Source: Phycisphaerae bacterium
GTDB lineage: Bacteria; Planctomycetota; Phycisphaerae; UBA1845
DNA: 64,000 nucleotides
Direction of reading: 5' to 3'
Assembly (NCBI GenBank): GCA_029260165.1
Contig: JAJDDT010000116.1
Coordinates: 1 to 64,000, forward strand
Made by a program: the position numbers and the translations under genes. Below, piece after piece: positions 48,911 through 58,001 of this stretch (its first letter is position 1; the number at the start of each line of letters is the position of its first letter). The notes under the pieces were generated by a model. That model saw nothing but the letters and a program-made list of their open reading frames with translations, was not told the origin of the DNA and did not search any database.

Positions 48911-49085
48911 TCATCACCTCACCAAATTGATACGATACTTGAGGCAAGCCCGACCCTCCACCTGGCGATGTCCGAATGTGGCCCCATCGTGATGACACTG
49001 CTCTTGATCACGTCTGGAGCTTTTGTGTACCGGGGGCATCGCTCACTAACCTAGTAATTGGAGCCGCGTGCCATGAACAGCCTGG

Positions 49086-49224
49086 TAGGGCAGGTGCTTG
49101 CACCTGCCGTCACCATAGACGAAGAATCAAACAAAATCACCGCATTCCGTGGGGCAGTTCAGTAGGGCAGGTGCTCGCACCTGCCGTCACTATGGACGCG
49201 AAATCAAACACAACTACCGCAGCC
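49086..49224. repeat. two tandem copies of the ~70-bp palindromic repeat unit
   Basis: The units at 49086..49157 and 49163..49224 each contain GGCAGGTGC(T)YGCACCTGCC. Confidence 0.8.
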
Positions 49225-49376
49225 AACTATATCCCGAAACAGCACCCGATCAAAATTCGCGCGTGGCGAACTTGTGCGTGCCACCCAACAACTTCCTTCC
49301 GGCGGAATCTCCACAACAGCCGATCTGGCCCAACCTCCCGACTCATCCCAACCGACCACCACGGCAAGGCTGGTTC

Positions 49377-49508
49377 ATGAACAAGGTCCGGACAATCACA
49401 AGCGTCGTCACCCTCGCGGTCGCCCTGTCTGCCGTTGGCTGTCAGTCCGCGCGTGTTTTCTATAAACCAAGCCTGCGCAGTGACTTAGCACCGCAACAAA
49501 ACGAATAG
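49377..49508 (+). CDS. small putative lipoprotein (43 aa)
   Basis: The sequence MNKVRTITSVVTLAVALSAVGC has a signal peptide and a lipobox-like Cys. Its size and architecture are entericidin-like. The call is weak. Confidence 0.3.
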   Translation: MNKVRTITSVVTLAVALSAVGCQSARVFYKPSLRSDLAPQQNE

Positions 49509-49519
49509 ATCATCCTCGC

Positions 49520-49571
49520 CGCCGACTTCGGTTCAATGCAGCCGTTGCTGACTGATGCTCCCTGACCGATC
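49520..49571. repeat. right copy of 52-bp direct repeat
   Basis: It duplicates the FG-GAP C-terminal codons (…DFGSMQPLLTDAP*) as a pseudo-end. Confidence 0.8.
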
Positions 49572-49602
49572 GATGGTTGTCCATTTCAGGATTGGTAACG
49601 AA

Positions 49603-49643
49603 ATTGGGCGTGCGGTGCCGCGAACTGCGGTCGCACGCCCAAT
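49603..49643. terminator. 12-bp stem hairpin (ATTGGGCGTGCG-N17-CGCACGCCCAAT) between convergent genes
   Basis: The hairpin is read directly from the sequence. It lies between the lipoprotein ORF (+) and the diheme cytochrome (-). Confidence 0.4.
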
Positions 49644-49712
49644 CCCTACCGATTACAAGTCTCTGATTGCGAAATGTCACCCGCGGTATCGCGAGGTCGC
49701 GGGGCTGCCGGG

Positions 49713-50597
49713 CTACCTGACTGTCGCACGGCGGGAATAACGAAGCGACAATACTGCGACAGCGAACATCGTCAGCACCATGGCGAGCATTCCCCATTCG
49801 GAAGTCGTGGGGACGGCGGACACCGCAGGTGCGGTCGGGAAATTTTGTTGGATGTACAGTCCGAGGTCTGCGGCTCCCTGGTCGGAACCACCGTTCTGAG
49901 TCCAACTCGGCATCGCGGGTTGGCTACCCGGTTGCCCGACGCGAATCTTGTGCATGAACTCCCACGGGTTGCTTACCGCAACCGTTCCGACCCACTCGGG
50001 ATTTTCGGGGGTACCGAAATTGAGATCGGTACCGTCGTCTCCGTGGCAGAAGAAACAAAAACCGCTTCCGGTGTAGTTGGCTTCACCCTGCACGGGGTCG
50101 CCGACAAATTGAGTGCCGTTGAGGAATGCGGCTGGGTCGACCAATTGTGTCTGGAGAAATGCAACAATGTCGTCGATGTCTGCGTCGGACAGGCCAATCG
50201 TTCCGAAACCGTGACCGTTGACATTTGTGCCACCCGTACCGTCGCCGTCCGGGTTTTTGATGATGTCGAACATCTGCGCGGGCGTCATGGCTGAGGTCAA
50301 CACGCCTGGAATGCCCGTGAAGTGCGACGAGCCGACAGCGTACGCTCCGGCGGCGCCTTTGTAGTCCCAACCGTGACATTCCTTGCAACGGAAGGTCGTG
50401 TTACCGGATTGCTGTCCAACCGCAGGATATAGCGGATGCTCGCCAACCGGGGCGGGGGAACCATTCCCGGTCCACCATTTGTCGTACAGCCGTCCCCCCT
50501 GGAACGCGTCCTGTGCGACGGCTTGTGATGACAGGCAAAAGACAACGACGGCCAACGCACCCAACGAGGTGCGCGCACTGAGTGGGCGGTATTCCAT
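49713..50597 (-). CDS. secreted diheme cytochrome c with C-terminal membrane-anchor sorting-like tail
   Basis: It has a signal peptide and the heme motifs CKECH and CFFCH. The C-terminus is PTTSEWGMLAMVLTMFAVAVLSLRYSRR. Confidence 0.8.
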   Translation of the reverse strand: MEYRPLSARTSLGALAVVVFCLSSQAVAQDAFQGGRLYDKWWTGNGSPAPVGEHPLYPAVGQQSGNTTFRCKECHGWDYKGAAGAYAVGSSHFTGIPGVLTSAMTPAQMFDIIKNPDGDGTGGTNVNGHGFGTIGLSDADIDDIVAFLQTQLVDPAAFLNGTQFVGDPVQGEANYTGSGFCFFCHGDDGTDLNFGTPENPEWVGTVAVSNPWEFMHKIRVGQPGSQPAMPSWTQNGGSDQGAADLGLYIQQNFPTAPAVSAVPTTSEWGMLAMVLTMFAVAVLSLRYSRRATVR

Positions 50598-50789
50598 TTT
50601 CTGACTCCCCTATCTGCCTTTCGGCACCTTGCTTACCCACCCATCCCGGCATGGTCTATCTATCCGACAGGATAACAACCTGCGCTTGTCGATTCAACCC
50701 GGGTCAGGAAAAGGCGTTTGAGGAGTGCCTTTCCGCGAAAACAGTTTGAATCCCGCGGCGTATGCAGCCTGCGTCCCATAATCACGGCT

Positions 50790-53700
50790 CTATTCACCGC
50801 CGAACTTCCACCAGCGTTTTTTGCCGGCGATTGACGGATCGGGGTTGTTTTTCTCATTCTCGATGATCTTGAGCAGGTCGGCGTCGCTCATCGTGGGGCC
50901 CTTGATGCGGCGGAGCATGCGCAGTTTTTCGCGGGTCTCGTCGTCGAGTCCCTCGGGCAGGGCATCCTGGGAAACGTCTGCGGGGGGTTGGTTCGACTCC
51001 GGTGTGTGATCGTTTTCCTTTGCGGTGGGCTGATCCTGTTCCTTATTGGCGGCGATACTTTTCCCGGACACAGCGGACGATTTCGATTCGGTTTTTGCTT
51101 TTGGTTCACGTTTCCTCGATTTCTCTTCGACAACCCGGCTTGAAAGATCAACGGGACCAACGTTGCCTTGTTCGTTGACAAGCTCGACGGTTTCACGAGC
51201 GGCGGCGGATGCCTGCTCGGCGGCTTCGGTGATTTCGTCCTGTTGTCTGGTAAGATTCGCCTGCAATTCATCGAGTGCAGAGCGGTGTTTTTCGAGATCA
51301 TCACGCCACTGTTCGAGTGCTTTGCGCTCGGTGCCAAGCTCCTCGGCCCATTCCTCCGCTTCGGTTTCACGTTTCGAGATATGTTGTTCGGCGGTTGATG
51401 TTTCCGCGTTTTGCGATTCGACGGACTCGATGCGTTTCTGAAGATCGTTGCGCTGTTGTTCGAGTTTTTGTCTGTCGGCATGGAAACCTTCCCGCTCGAC
51501 GGCCAGCGATTTTTCTCGCTCTTCCACGTCTTTGAGAAATTCCTCCAACTCGGCGCGATCGCTCCGGGACGAATTGGCTTGCTGAGCAACTGACGATTGC
51601 TCCCGAGCCATCTGGTCTTGTTTTTCGACGAGTTCCTTTTTCTGCGACTCGAGTTCCCGGCGTTGCCCGTCAAGTTCGGACGATTGTGATTGCAGTTGCT
51701 CCTGTTGGGATTCGAGCTGTTCACGCAGTTCGACGATCGTCTGCTGTTCATGCTCGAGCGATTGGCGTTTCTCGGTGACGGCGTTGTGTTCGGACTGTTG
51801 CGATCCTCGTTGTTGTTCCAGTTGCTTTTTGATTTTTTGAAGCTCGGCGTTTTCGCTCGCGAGTTTGTCGCGATCGGAATCGGTTTTCTGACGCTCGACA
51901 TCGAGGCTGGCCTGCTCGCTGGCGGTTTGCTCGAGCTTTGTTGACAGTTCGTCACGTTGTAACTGCAGCTTTTCACGCTCGGCGGCGAGTCGTTGTCGTT
52001 CGGTGGCGATCTGGGTGGCTTCGTCCTGATGATCGCCCAGTTCGGAGGTGAGGCGATTGCGTTCGTCATCGAGTTCGGCGCGTTCGTCGGCGAGTCGTTG
52101 CTGATCGGATTTGATCTGCCGACGCTTTTCGGCCAACTGCTCTCGTTCCGATTTTAGCTGGGCGGTTTCGGCGTTGTGTTTTTCGGTTAGTGCGTGGACG
52201 CGTTCGGTCTCGGCGTTGGATTCGGCCTGCTGGGCGGCGATTTTTTCGGCAGACGATTCGAGCGATTGTTTTTGTTGTTCGAGTTCGAGTCGTGTGGCTT
52301 TGAAAGATTCGCGATCGCTGCGAAGACGGGTTTGCAACGCCTCTGCCTGCGCGTGGGCCTTGTCGATTTCCGCCCGCTCGGCGCTCAGGGCGGAGCGATC
52401 CTTGGCGATCTGTTCCCGTTCGGATTGCAGCAGTTGGCGCTCGGCGGCGGACCGCTCGCCTTCACCGCGACATTGTTCGACCTCCGCCTGGAATTTTTGA
52501 CGAACGTCTTTGAATTGTTTTCGTTCGGAATCGAGCCTCTTGCGATCAGCCAACTGCTTTTCGCGTTGTTCGCTCGCGCCTCGCTGGTCCTGCGCGAGAC
52601 GGGCACGCTGTTCCTCGATCGATTCACGATCCGACGCGGCGCGGACGGACTCGGAGCGGAGTTGTTCCTTGTCTTTTTCCAGCGCGGACCTGGTCTTCTC
52701 GAGGTTGCCCGTTGCGGCTTCGATGGCTTGTGATCGCTGTGCGACGTCGGCGCTGTGTTTTCGCAATTCGCCCTTTTGCGATTCAAGACGCTCCCTGTCC
52801 GCTTCAATCTCGGAGGCTTGCTTGCGGATGGCGTCGCGATGTTGGATCAACTCGGCCTTTTGCTGATCCTGCAACTTGGCGCATTGCTGCAATTTTGCGT
52901 TTCGATTCTCGATTTTCGACTGGTTCTGCGCGATCTCCTGCGCGCGTTGGTCCAGTTCCGAACGCTTCTGGTCTAGTTGCTTCACCTCCGTTTGCAGGCT
53001 TGAGTGCTGTTGTTTGAGATTGGCTTCCTGATCCCTGACGTGGGCACCCTGCTTTTCGATTTCCGCCCGTTGTTGCTGCAACCGGTTGTGGTCTTCGGTG
53101 ATTTTCGCGGTCTGTTTTTCAAGATTGGCGGACTTTTTCGCGGATTCAGCCGCCTGTTGCTCCAACTGCTTCGATCGGCCATCAAGACCCTGCTCGCGTT
53201 GGGTTTGTTTGACGCCGGCCTGCTCGACGGCGTGCCTGGTTTGTTCCAACTCTTTCTTCTGCGCGCCGAGCTTTTCATGTTGGTCAGCCAGCGATTTTCG
53301 TTCCGCCTCGATGGTCTTGCTGCGTTCGCCGAGCTTTGATCGTTCGTCCTTGATGGCGGACCGCTCGGATTCAAATTTCCGGAACTGTTCCTGCAGTTGC
53401 TTCGCACGCTCTTCGAGTTTCGATTGCCCGTCCCTGATCGCCGCCTGTTCGGACTCCTGCTGTTTTGACTGCTCCTGGAGGTTTTTCGCCTGCTCTTCGA
53501 GTTTCGATCGTCCGTCCCTGATGGCGGACCGCTCGGATTCCAGCCGCTTTGACAGATCCTGAAGCTGCACAGACTGGTCGTCGAGTTTGTTTTGCGATGC
53601 TGCAATCTGCGTGTCGCGTTCCCTGGCAGCCAGCACCGCAGCCTGAACCTGCTCCTGTTTTCCGGCCAGCTCAGTTTGCTGGGATTCCAGTCTGGCCTGC

Positions 53701-54902
53701 AGCGAGTTCAGCGATTTCTCGCGGTCGCCCATTTTGGTTTGACGCGCTTCCAATGCTTGAGCGTGTTTGTTGATTTCACCGCCACGCGACTCGAGTTTTT
53801 GCGCGGTCGCGGCTTGCTCCTTTGCGATCGCGTCCAATTGATTGCGTTGATCCGCAAGCTGTTGGGCTTGTGCTTCGTGTTGCTGTTTACTCTTGGCGAG
53901 GTCAGCCGATTGCTGATCCAACTGCTGCTTCTGCTGATCCAGTTGCTGTTTGTGCTGCTCAAGATGCTGCTGTTGCTGCTCAAGTTTCTTCTGTTCGATC
54001 GCCCTCTTTTCGAGCGCCTGCTCTTTCTCCTTCAAACCGGCTGCCTGCGATTCGATCCTGTTGGCACGCTCGTCAAGCTTCTGCTGCTCCTGTTGAACAG
54101 CGATCTGACGCTGCTCCGATTGCTCCTGATCTTTTTGGAGTTTTTGTCCCTGATCTTCGATCTGCCGGCGACGTTGCTCTATCGCCTGGACATCGGCAGC
54201 CAGCTTCTGCTGCTGGTCCGATAGCGATTGTTGGGCGGTGGCGAGCGTTTCCTGCTGTTCCCGGACCTGGGTTTCCCGGCTGGCGATCTCTTGTTCAGCG
54301 GCTTCGATTTTTTTCCGGCGTGCATCGAGCTTTGCGGTTCGATCCGACCATTCCCGGTCGCGGGCGGCGAAGTCCGTTTTGGTGCGTTCAAATTCAGCCT
54401 TCTCTTTTTTCAGAGACTCATTTCGGCCTGCCAGCGCGTTAGCGTCCTGTTCAATCCCTGATTTTGTGGTTGCGAGTTTTTTTTGTTCGATCCCAATCTG
54501 CTCGAATTGTTGGGCAATTTCGATTGCCTGTGCTTCGAGTTTCTTTTCGCGGTCCGCGGCTGATTGCTCACGGTCTGATAATGTGGCAGCGAGGTCATTA
54601 TTTTTCTTTTTTTCTGCCTCGATTTGTTGCGCACGTTCTCGGACGGCGGAATTTTGAGCCTCAACCTCCTCCGCGTGCTGCTTCGTTCTGCCGGCAAATT
54701 TCTCGACGCGGGCTCGCCATTCGTCAATTTGCTGCCACGATTGCGCGACACTTTTCTGAATCGTTTCAATGCGTTCGGTCACGGAAACGAGAACGTCCGA
54801 AATCCGGTCGTGGCTGGACACAGCCTGCCCGCGCGAGCCGGTTTTCGCATTATCGGTTTCGGGTGAATTCATATCGGGATTCGCCAGGTTCGCATCAGTC
54901 AT
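50790..54902 (-). CDS. giant (1370 aa) coiled-coil protein
   Basis: It shows heptad-like Q/E/K/R/A/L-rich sequence along almost the whole length and no NTPase motifs. The C-terminal tail is ...SIAGKKRWWKFGGE. Confidence 0.8.
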   Translation of the reverse strand: MTDANLANPDMNSPETDNAKTGSRGQAVSSHDRISDVLVSVTERIETIQKSVAQSWQQIDEWRARVEKFAGRTKQHAEEVEAQNSAVRERAQQIEAEKKKNNDLAATLSDREQSAADREKKLEAQAIEIAQQFEQIGIEQKKLATTKSGIEQDANALAGRNESLKKEKAEFERTKTDFAARDREWSDRTAKLDARRKKIEAAEQEIASRETQVREQQETLATAQQSLSDQQQKLAADVQAIEQRRRQIEDQGQKLQKDQEQSEQRQIAVQQEQQKLDERANRIESQAAGLKEKEQALEKRAIEQKKLEQQQQHLEQHKQQLDQQKQQLDQQSADLAKSKQQHEAQAQQLADQRNQLDAIAKEQAATAQKLESRGGEINKHAQALEARQTKMGDREKSLNSLQARLESQQTELAGKQEQVQAAVLAARERDTQIAASQNKLDDQSVQLQDLSKRLESERSAIRDGRSKLEEQAKNLQEQSKQQESEQAAIRDGQSKLEERAKQLQEQFRKFESERSAIKDERSKLGERSKTIEAERKSLADQHEKLGAQKKELEQTRHAVEQAGVKQTQREQGLDGRSKQLEQQAAESAKKSANLEKQTAKITEDHNRLQQQRAEIEKQGAHVRDQEANLKQQHSSLQTEVKQLDQKRSELDQRAQEIAQNQSKIENRNAKLQQCAKLQDQQKAELIQHRDAIRKQASEIEADRERLESQKGELRKHSADVAQRSQAIEAATGNLEKTRSALEKDKEQLRSESVRAASDRESIEEQRARLAQDQRGASEQREKQLADRKRLDSERKQFKDVRQKFQAEVEQCRGEGERSAAERQLLQSEREQIAKDRSALSAERAEIDKAHAQAEALQTRLRSDRESFKATRLELEQQKQSLESSAEKIAAQQAESNAETERVHALTEKHNAETAQLKSEREQLAEKRRQIKSDQQRLADERAELDDERNRLTSELGDHQDEATQIATERQRLAAEREKLQLQRDELSTKLEQTASEQASLDVERQKTDSDRDKLASENAELQKIKKQLEQQRGSQQSEHNAVTEKRQSLEHEQQTIVELREQLESQQEQLQSQSSELDGQRRELESQKKELVEKQDQMAREQSSVAQQANSSRSDRAELEEFLKDVEEREKSLAVEREGFHADRQKLEQQRNDLQKRIESVESQNAETSTAEQHISKRETEAEEWAEELGTERKALEQWRDDLEKHRSALDELQANLTRQQDEITEAAEQASAAARETVELVNEQGNVGPVDLSSRVVEEKSRKREPKAKTESKSSAVSGKSIAANKEQDQPTAKENDHTPESNQPPADVSQDALPEGLDDETREKLRMLRRIKGPTMSDADLLKIIENEKNNPDPSIAGKKRWWKFGGE

Positions 54903-55125
54903 AACGTTGCGCGATCCTCGGTTGGTAAGGTCCTGTAACGCATGTCCGCCACAGTCCGATTCGATATACCCGCAAATCTTTTATCCACGGGTTCGGACAA
55001 ACTGACTGGTCTGTCACAAACGTATCGTACAATTCGATCGTGTGATGCGACTCGTGCGTATCGACACGTCCTGTCTAGATCGACACGAGGGCGTTGGCTT
55101 TTGAACTAGACCACCTCGGGACAAG

Positions 55126-56010
55126 GTGGGGAGGGCCACGATGGCCGAAAGATTAAAAACCATGGAAGCGTTGACCGCGCCGTCCGGTATGGAACCTCTG
55201 AGGCTGCTTGCCGACGACGCGATGGCGGAACTGACCAAAGCGTTGGAGGTTATTCGGACGCATGCCGATGAGCTGTTCAACGAACATACTCAAATTCAAT
55301 CCGCACGCGCAAAGATTCAACATGAGCAGAAAGCGATGCTGGAGCATAAAGCTACGCTGGAATCGCGTGAGCTTGAGTTGTCTGCGGTGCGAGACAATTT
55401 GGGTGTCGAAAAGAAAGCGGTTGCGCAGCGCGAGCTTGGATTGTCCGATGATTGTAAAAGACTCGAAAAAGCCCGGACGGTGCTTGGAAGCGAGCAGGCA
55501 GAACTGGAAAATTCGCGAAACGCGCTCGAAGAGGCTAGGCGCTCGTTGAAGATCAGCCAGACGGATCTTGCCGAAGCTCAATCGCGGCTTGATGACCGGG
55601 CGCATAAAATTGACGAGCGTGATGGGACGTTGAAGCAACGGGAATCCGGATTGAAAGCACAGGTGGCTGAGCTTGAGTCTCGTCGCGAGGATTTGGAAAT
55701 GCTGACGGATCAACTGAAGCGTGAGCATCGTGAATTGTCGACGCAGCGGGAGCAGTTGGCCAGGCGGCTCGTCTCGGTGGCTGACATAGATTCGGAACCG
55801 ATCGCCCCGCCATTGCCAAAATCCGCATCGGATCAGGCGGTGGCGACACCGAAAGAGATGCCCCGCGTTCAGGCACCCGCTCCGGTGGCTCAACCGATGA
55901 ATGGTGAGGGCGAGGCGACAGCGGATCGTCCGGTGCGGTCGCATCCTGCGGCGGACCAGTTCCGAAAACTGCGGCGTGATGCGAAACGCCGCGTCAAGGG
56001 GCTTGGGTAG
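55126..56010 (+). CDS. coiled-coil protein with basic C-terminal tail
   Basis: It has an E/R/L-rich coiled-coil, then a Pro/Ala-rich segment, then RKLRRDAKRRVKGLG. Confidence 0.6.
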   Translation: MGRATMAERLKTMEALTAPSGMEPLRLLADDAMAELTKALEVIRTHADELFNEHTQIQSARAKIQHEQKAMLEHKATLESRELELSAVRDNLGVEKKAVAQRELGLSDDCKRLEKARTVLGSEQAELENSRNALEEARRSLKISQTDLAEAQSRLDDRAHKIDERDGTLKQRESGLKAQVAELESRREDLEMLTDQLKREHRELSTQREQLARRLVSVADIDSEPIAPPLPKSASDQAVATPKEMPRVQAPAPVAQPMNGEGEATADRPVRSHPAADQFRKLRRDAKRRVKGLG

Positions 56011-56075
56011 GGGCGACGAGCGCGGGAGCGGACGACATCGAATTGGCCAAACGCCAAACGAAGGGGGCTTGTTGA

Positions 56076-57131
56076 ATGGCATTGTCGTTGTTTTCAAAAA
56101 AGAAGGGTGTTTCAGCCGAATCAGACGTGGAGGTCCGCACGCCTCTGCGTGTCGAGCCCCCGCCACCATCGCCTGATTCACTCCTTGCGGAGTTCAAGCC
56201 AGCCACTCCCGAAAAGGAGGAAACAGACGAGCTGCTCCGCCTGTTTCAACGCCGTCGGTACGCATTCATCATTGACAATGCGGACCACTGGCAGGCGCAC
56301 CCGAGTGTTGAGCGCATCATCGATCAGTCACACGAAGCGCTGGAAAGCGGATTTGCGCTGGTGCCGGCGGGGGCTGCTTCGTTGGCGCAAACGGTGTCCG
56401 ACGACGCGAGCAGTCCGCAGCTCGATGTTGACGTCGAACCGTTTCTCATGGCGGTCCATCCGGTCACCAACGCTGATTTTCAGTATTTTGTGGACGGTGG
56501 TGCCTACGAGAATCTCGATCTCTGGCCGGAAGAGATTTGGCCTTACCTGATCGAGTTTCACGACCTGACCGGTACGCTGGGTCCACGGTATTGGCGTGAC
56601 GGTCGTCATGATTTCCGCAAAGCCAACCACCCCGTCATCGGCGTGAGTTGGTACGAAGCCAACGCGTATGCAACGTGGGCTGGTGTGCGACTCCCGACCG
56701 AAGCGGAATGGCAGATGGCAGCCAGTTGGCGTATTCGCAGTTCGACCGATGTCTTCCGTCGATTCCCATGGGGCGATGCGATGGACTGGACCCGTTGCAA
56801 CCTGTGGAACGCCGGTCGTGGCACGACGGTCGCGGTGGATGAATACGCCGAAGGGGGCGCTCCCAACAATGTTCTGCAGATGATCGGAAACGTGTGGGAA
56901 TGGGTGGGCACGGAATTCAACATCCTGGCGGACGATCAATCACCGATCGTCGGTGAGATGCCGATGATGGGCGTTCGCGGGGGATCGTTCGATACCTACT
57001 TTGAGTCGCAGGCGACAAGCCTGTTCCGGTCCGGACAGATTGCGTTGGGACGTACGCACAATCTCGGTTTTCGCTGCGCTCTCGACATCGAGAGTCCGAC
57101 CGAAGAAACCGCTTCCGAAGGGGACGACTAA
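56076..57131 (+). CDS. FGE-sulfatase/SUMF1 (DUF323) domain protein, probably non-catalytic paralog
   Basis: It has GNVWEWV, RGGSF and a C-terminal GFRCA. Only a single Cys sits where true formylglycine-generating enzymes carry two. Confidence 0.8.
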   Translation: MALSLFSKKKGVSAESDVEVRTPLRVEPPPPSPDSLLAEFKPATPEKEETDELLRLFQRRRYAFIIDNADHWQAHPSVERIIDQSHEALESGFALVPAGAASLAQTVSDDASSPQLDVDVEPFLMAVHPVTNADFQYFVDGGAYENLDLWPEEIWPYLIEFHDLTGTLGPRYWRDGRHDFRKANHPVIGVSWYEANAYATWAGVRLPTEAEWQMAASWRIRSSTDVFRRFPWGDAMDWTRCNLWNAGRGTTVAVDEYAEGGAPNNVLQMIGNVWEWVGTEFNILADDQSPIVGEMPMMGVRGGSFDTYFESQATSLFRSGQIALGRTHNLGFRCALDIESPTEETASEGDD

Positions 57132-58001
57132 ATGTCGATCGCATTGAGTGCAACGCAGTGTCTGATCTGCCAGCAGGAAAACACGGAAGACGCGTACTGC
57201 TGTGCGCTTTGTTCCGCACCGATGTCATTATCGCGGGAGGCGTTGATTCAGAACCGCCACCCCAACATGATCACCGTCATCGGGGACAGCAACGTCGGCA
57301 AGACCGTTTATCTTGGTTACCTGCTCGACATGTTGACGCGACGCGCAGGCGAATATGAATCGGTACCCAAGGGACCGTTTTCGATCAACCTTCAGCAAAA
57401 CGTGATGAGCCACCTGGCCATGCGGTTGTTCCCCCCGAAGACACCCAACGAGGTCGACCAATGGCATTGGGCATACTGTCAGACCGCACACAAGCGACGT
57501 CCCGATCAGTGGTTCGATCTGGTCATGCCGGACATGGCTGGCGAGTCGATCGGAACCGAACTCGACGCTCCGGGAAGCTATCCCGCCATTCAGGGATTGC
57601 TCACGCAGAGTCGCGGTATCATGTTGCTCGTTGACGCATCGGCTGCGGCAATGGGCAACGTGCAGGCGGACTTCTTTGCGTTCAAATTGATGAGCTACAT
57701 CGATCAACTGGCTGCCCTCGGCACGGAAACAAAAGTCGCAACACCGGTGGCTGTTGTCCTTTGCAAGTCTGATTATTGCCCACAGTCGTTTGACGATCCG
57801 ATCACGTTTTCCCAGACCAACCTCAACCGCCTCTGGAATCTCTGCGATTCGCGATTCACCAACGTCGCCTACTTCGCCGCCAGCGTCATCGGTGCGATCG
57901 GCTACGGAACCGACGAGGACGACAACGTCGTGTCGGTTCCACTGCACTCCGCGCCACGCGGTATTCTGGAACCATTTGAATGGTTGATCACAGCCCTGTG
58001 A
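57132..58001 (+). CDS. small Ras-like P-loop GTPase with N-terminal zinc ribbon
   Basis: Its ATG directly abuts the upstream TAA. It has CLICQQ...CCALC (CxxC...CxxC), the G1 motif GDSNVGKT, the G3 motif DMAGE, the G4 motif LCKSD and a G5-like FAAS. Confidence 0.8.
   Translation: MSIALSATQCLICQQENTEDAYCCALCSAPMSLSREALIQNRHPNMITVIGDSNVGKTVYLGYLLDMLTRRAGEYESVPKGPFSINLQQNVMSHLAMRLFPPKTPNEVDQWHWAYCQTAHKRRPDQWFDLVMPDMAGESIGTELDAPGSYPAIQGLLTQSRGIMLLVDASAAAMGNVQADFFAFKLMSYIDQLAALGTETKVATPVAVVLCKSDYCPQSFDDPITFSQTNLNRLWNLCDSRFTNVAYFAASVIGAIGYGTDEDDNVVSVPLHSAPRGILEPFEWLITAL

Larger units (their letters stand above)
48050..49519. mobile_element. ~1.47-kb inserted segment bounded by 52-bp direct repeats; lower GC; no integrase/transposase
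   Basis: Flanking direct repeats duplicate the host gene's 3' end. The internal gene has ~52% GC against >60% in neighbouring genes. The segment is dense in palindromic repeats. Confidence 0.4.

Noticed and set aside
48129-49224. CRISPR array
   Set aside because: The repeats are ~70 bp, partly tandem without unique spacers and partly inverted, with no cas genes, which is not CRISPR architecture.
48073-49376. ORFs 48073..48369, 48976..49380 and 49149..49376 encoding repeated 'SRAGARTCRHHRRR.K.N.RIPWGS' peptides
   Set aside because: They are translations of the ~70-bp DNA repeat units. The repeats occur in both orientations, which is inconsistent with coding.
50888-56181. Multiple ORFs (for example 50888..52069, 52982..53605, 55153..56181) inside or antisense to the coiled-coil genes
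   Set aside because: They are frame-shifted or antisense readings of repetitive coiled-coil coding sequence, with Ser/Arg/Asn-rich low-complexity translations.
56076-57131. Bona fide formylglycine-generating enzyme for sulfatase maturation
   Set aside because: Only one Cys (GFRCA) sits where catalytic FGEs have a Cys pair. There is no sulfatase in the window. The gene is tightly coupled to the GTPase genes instead.
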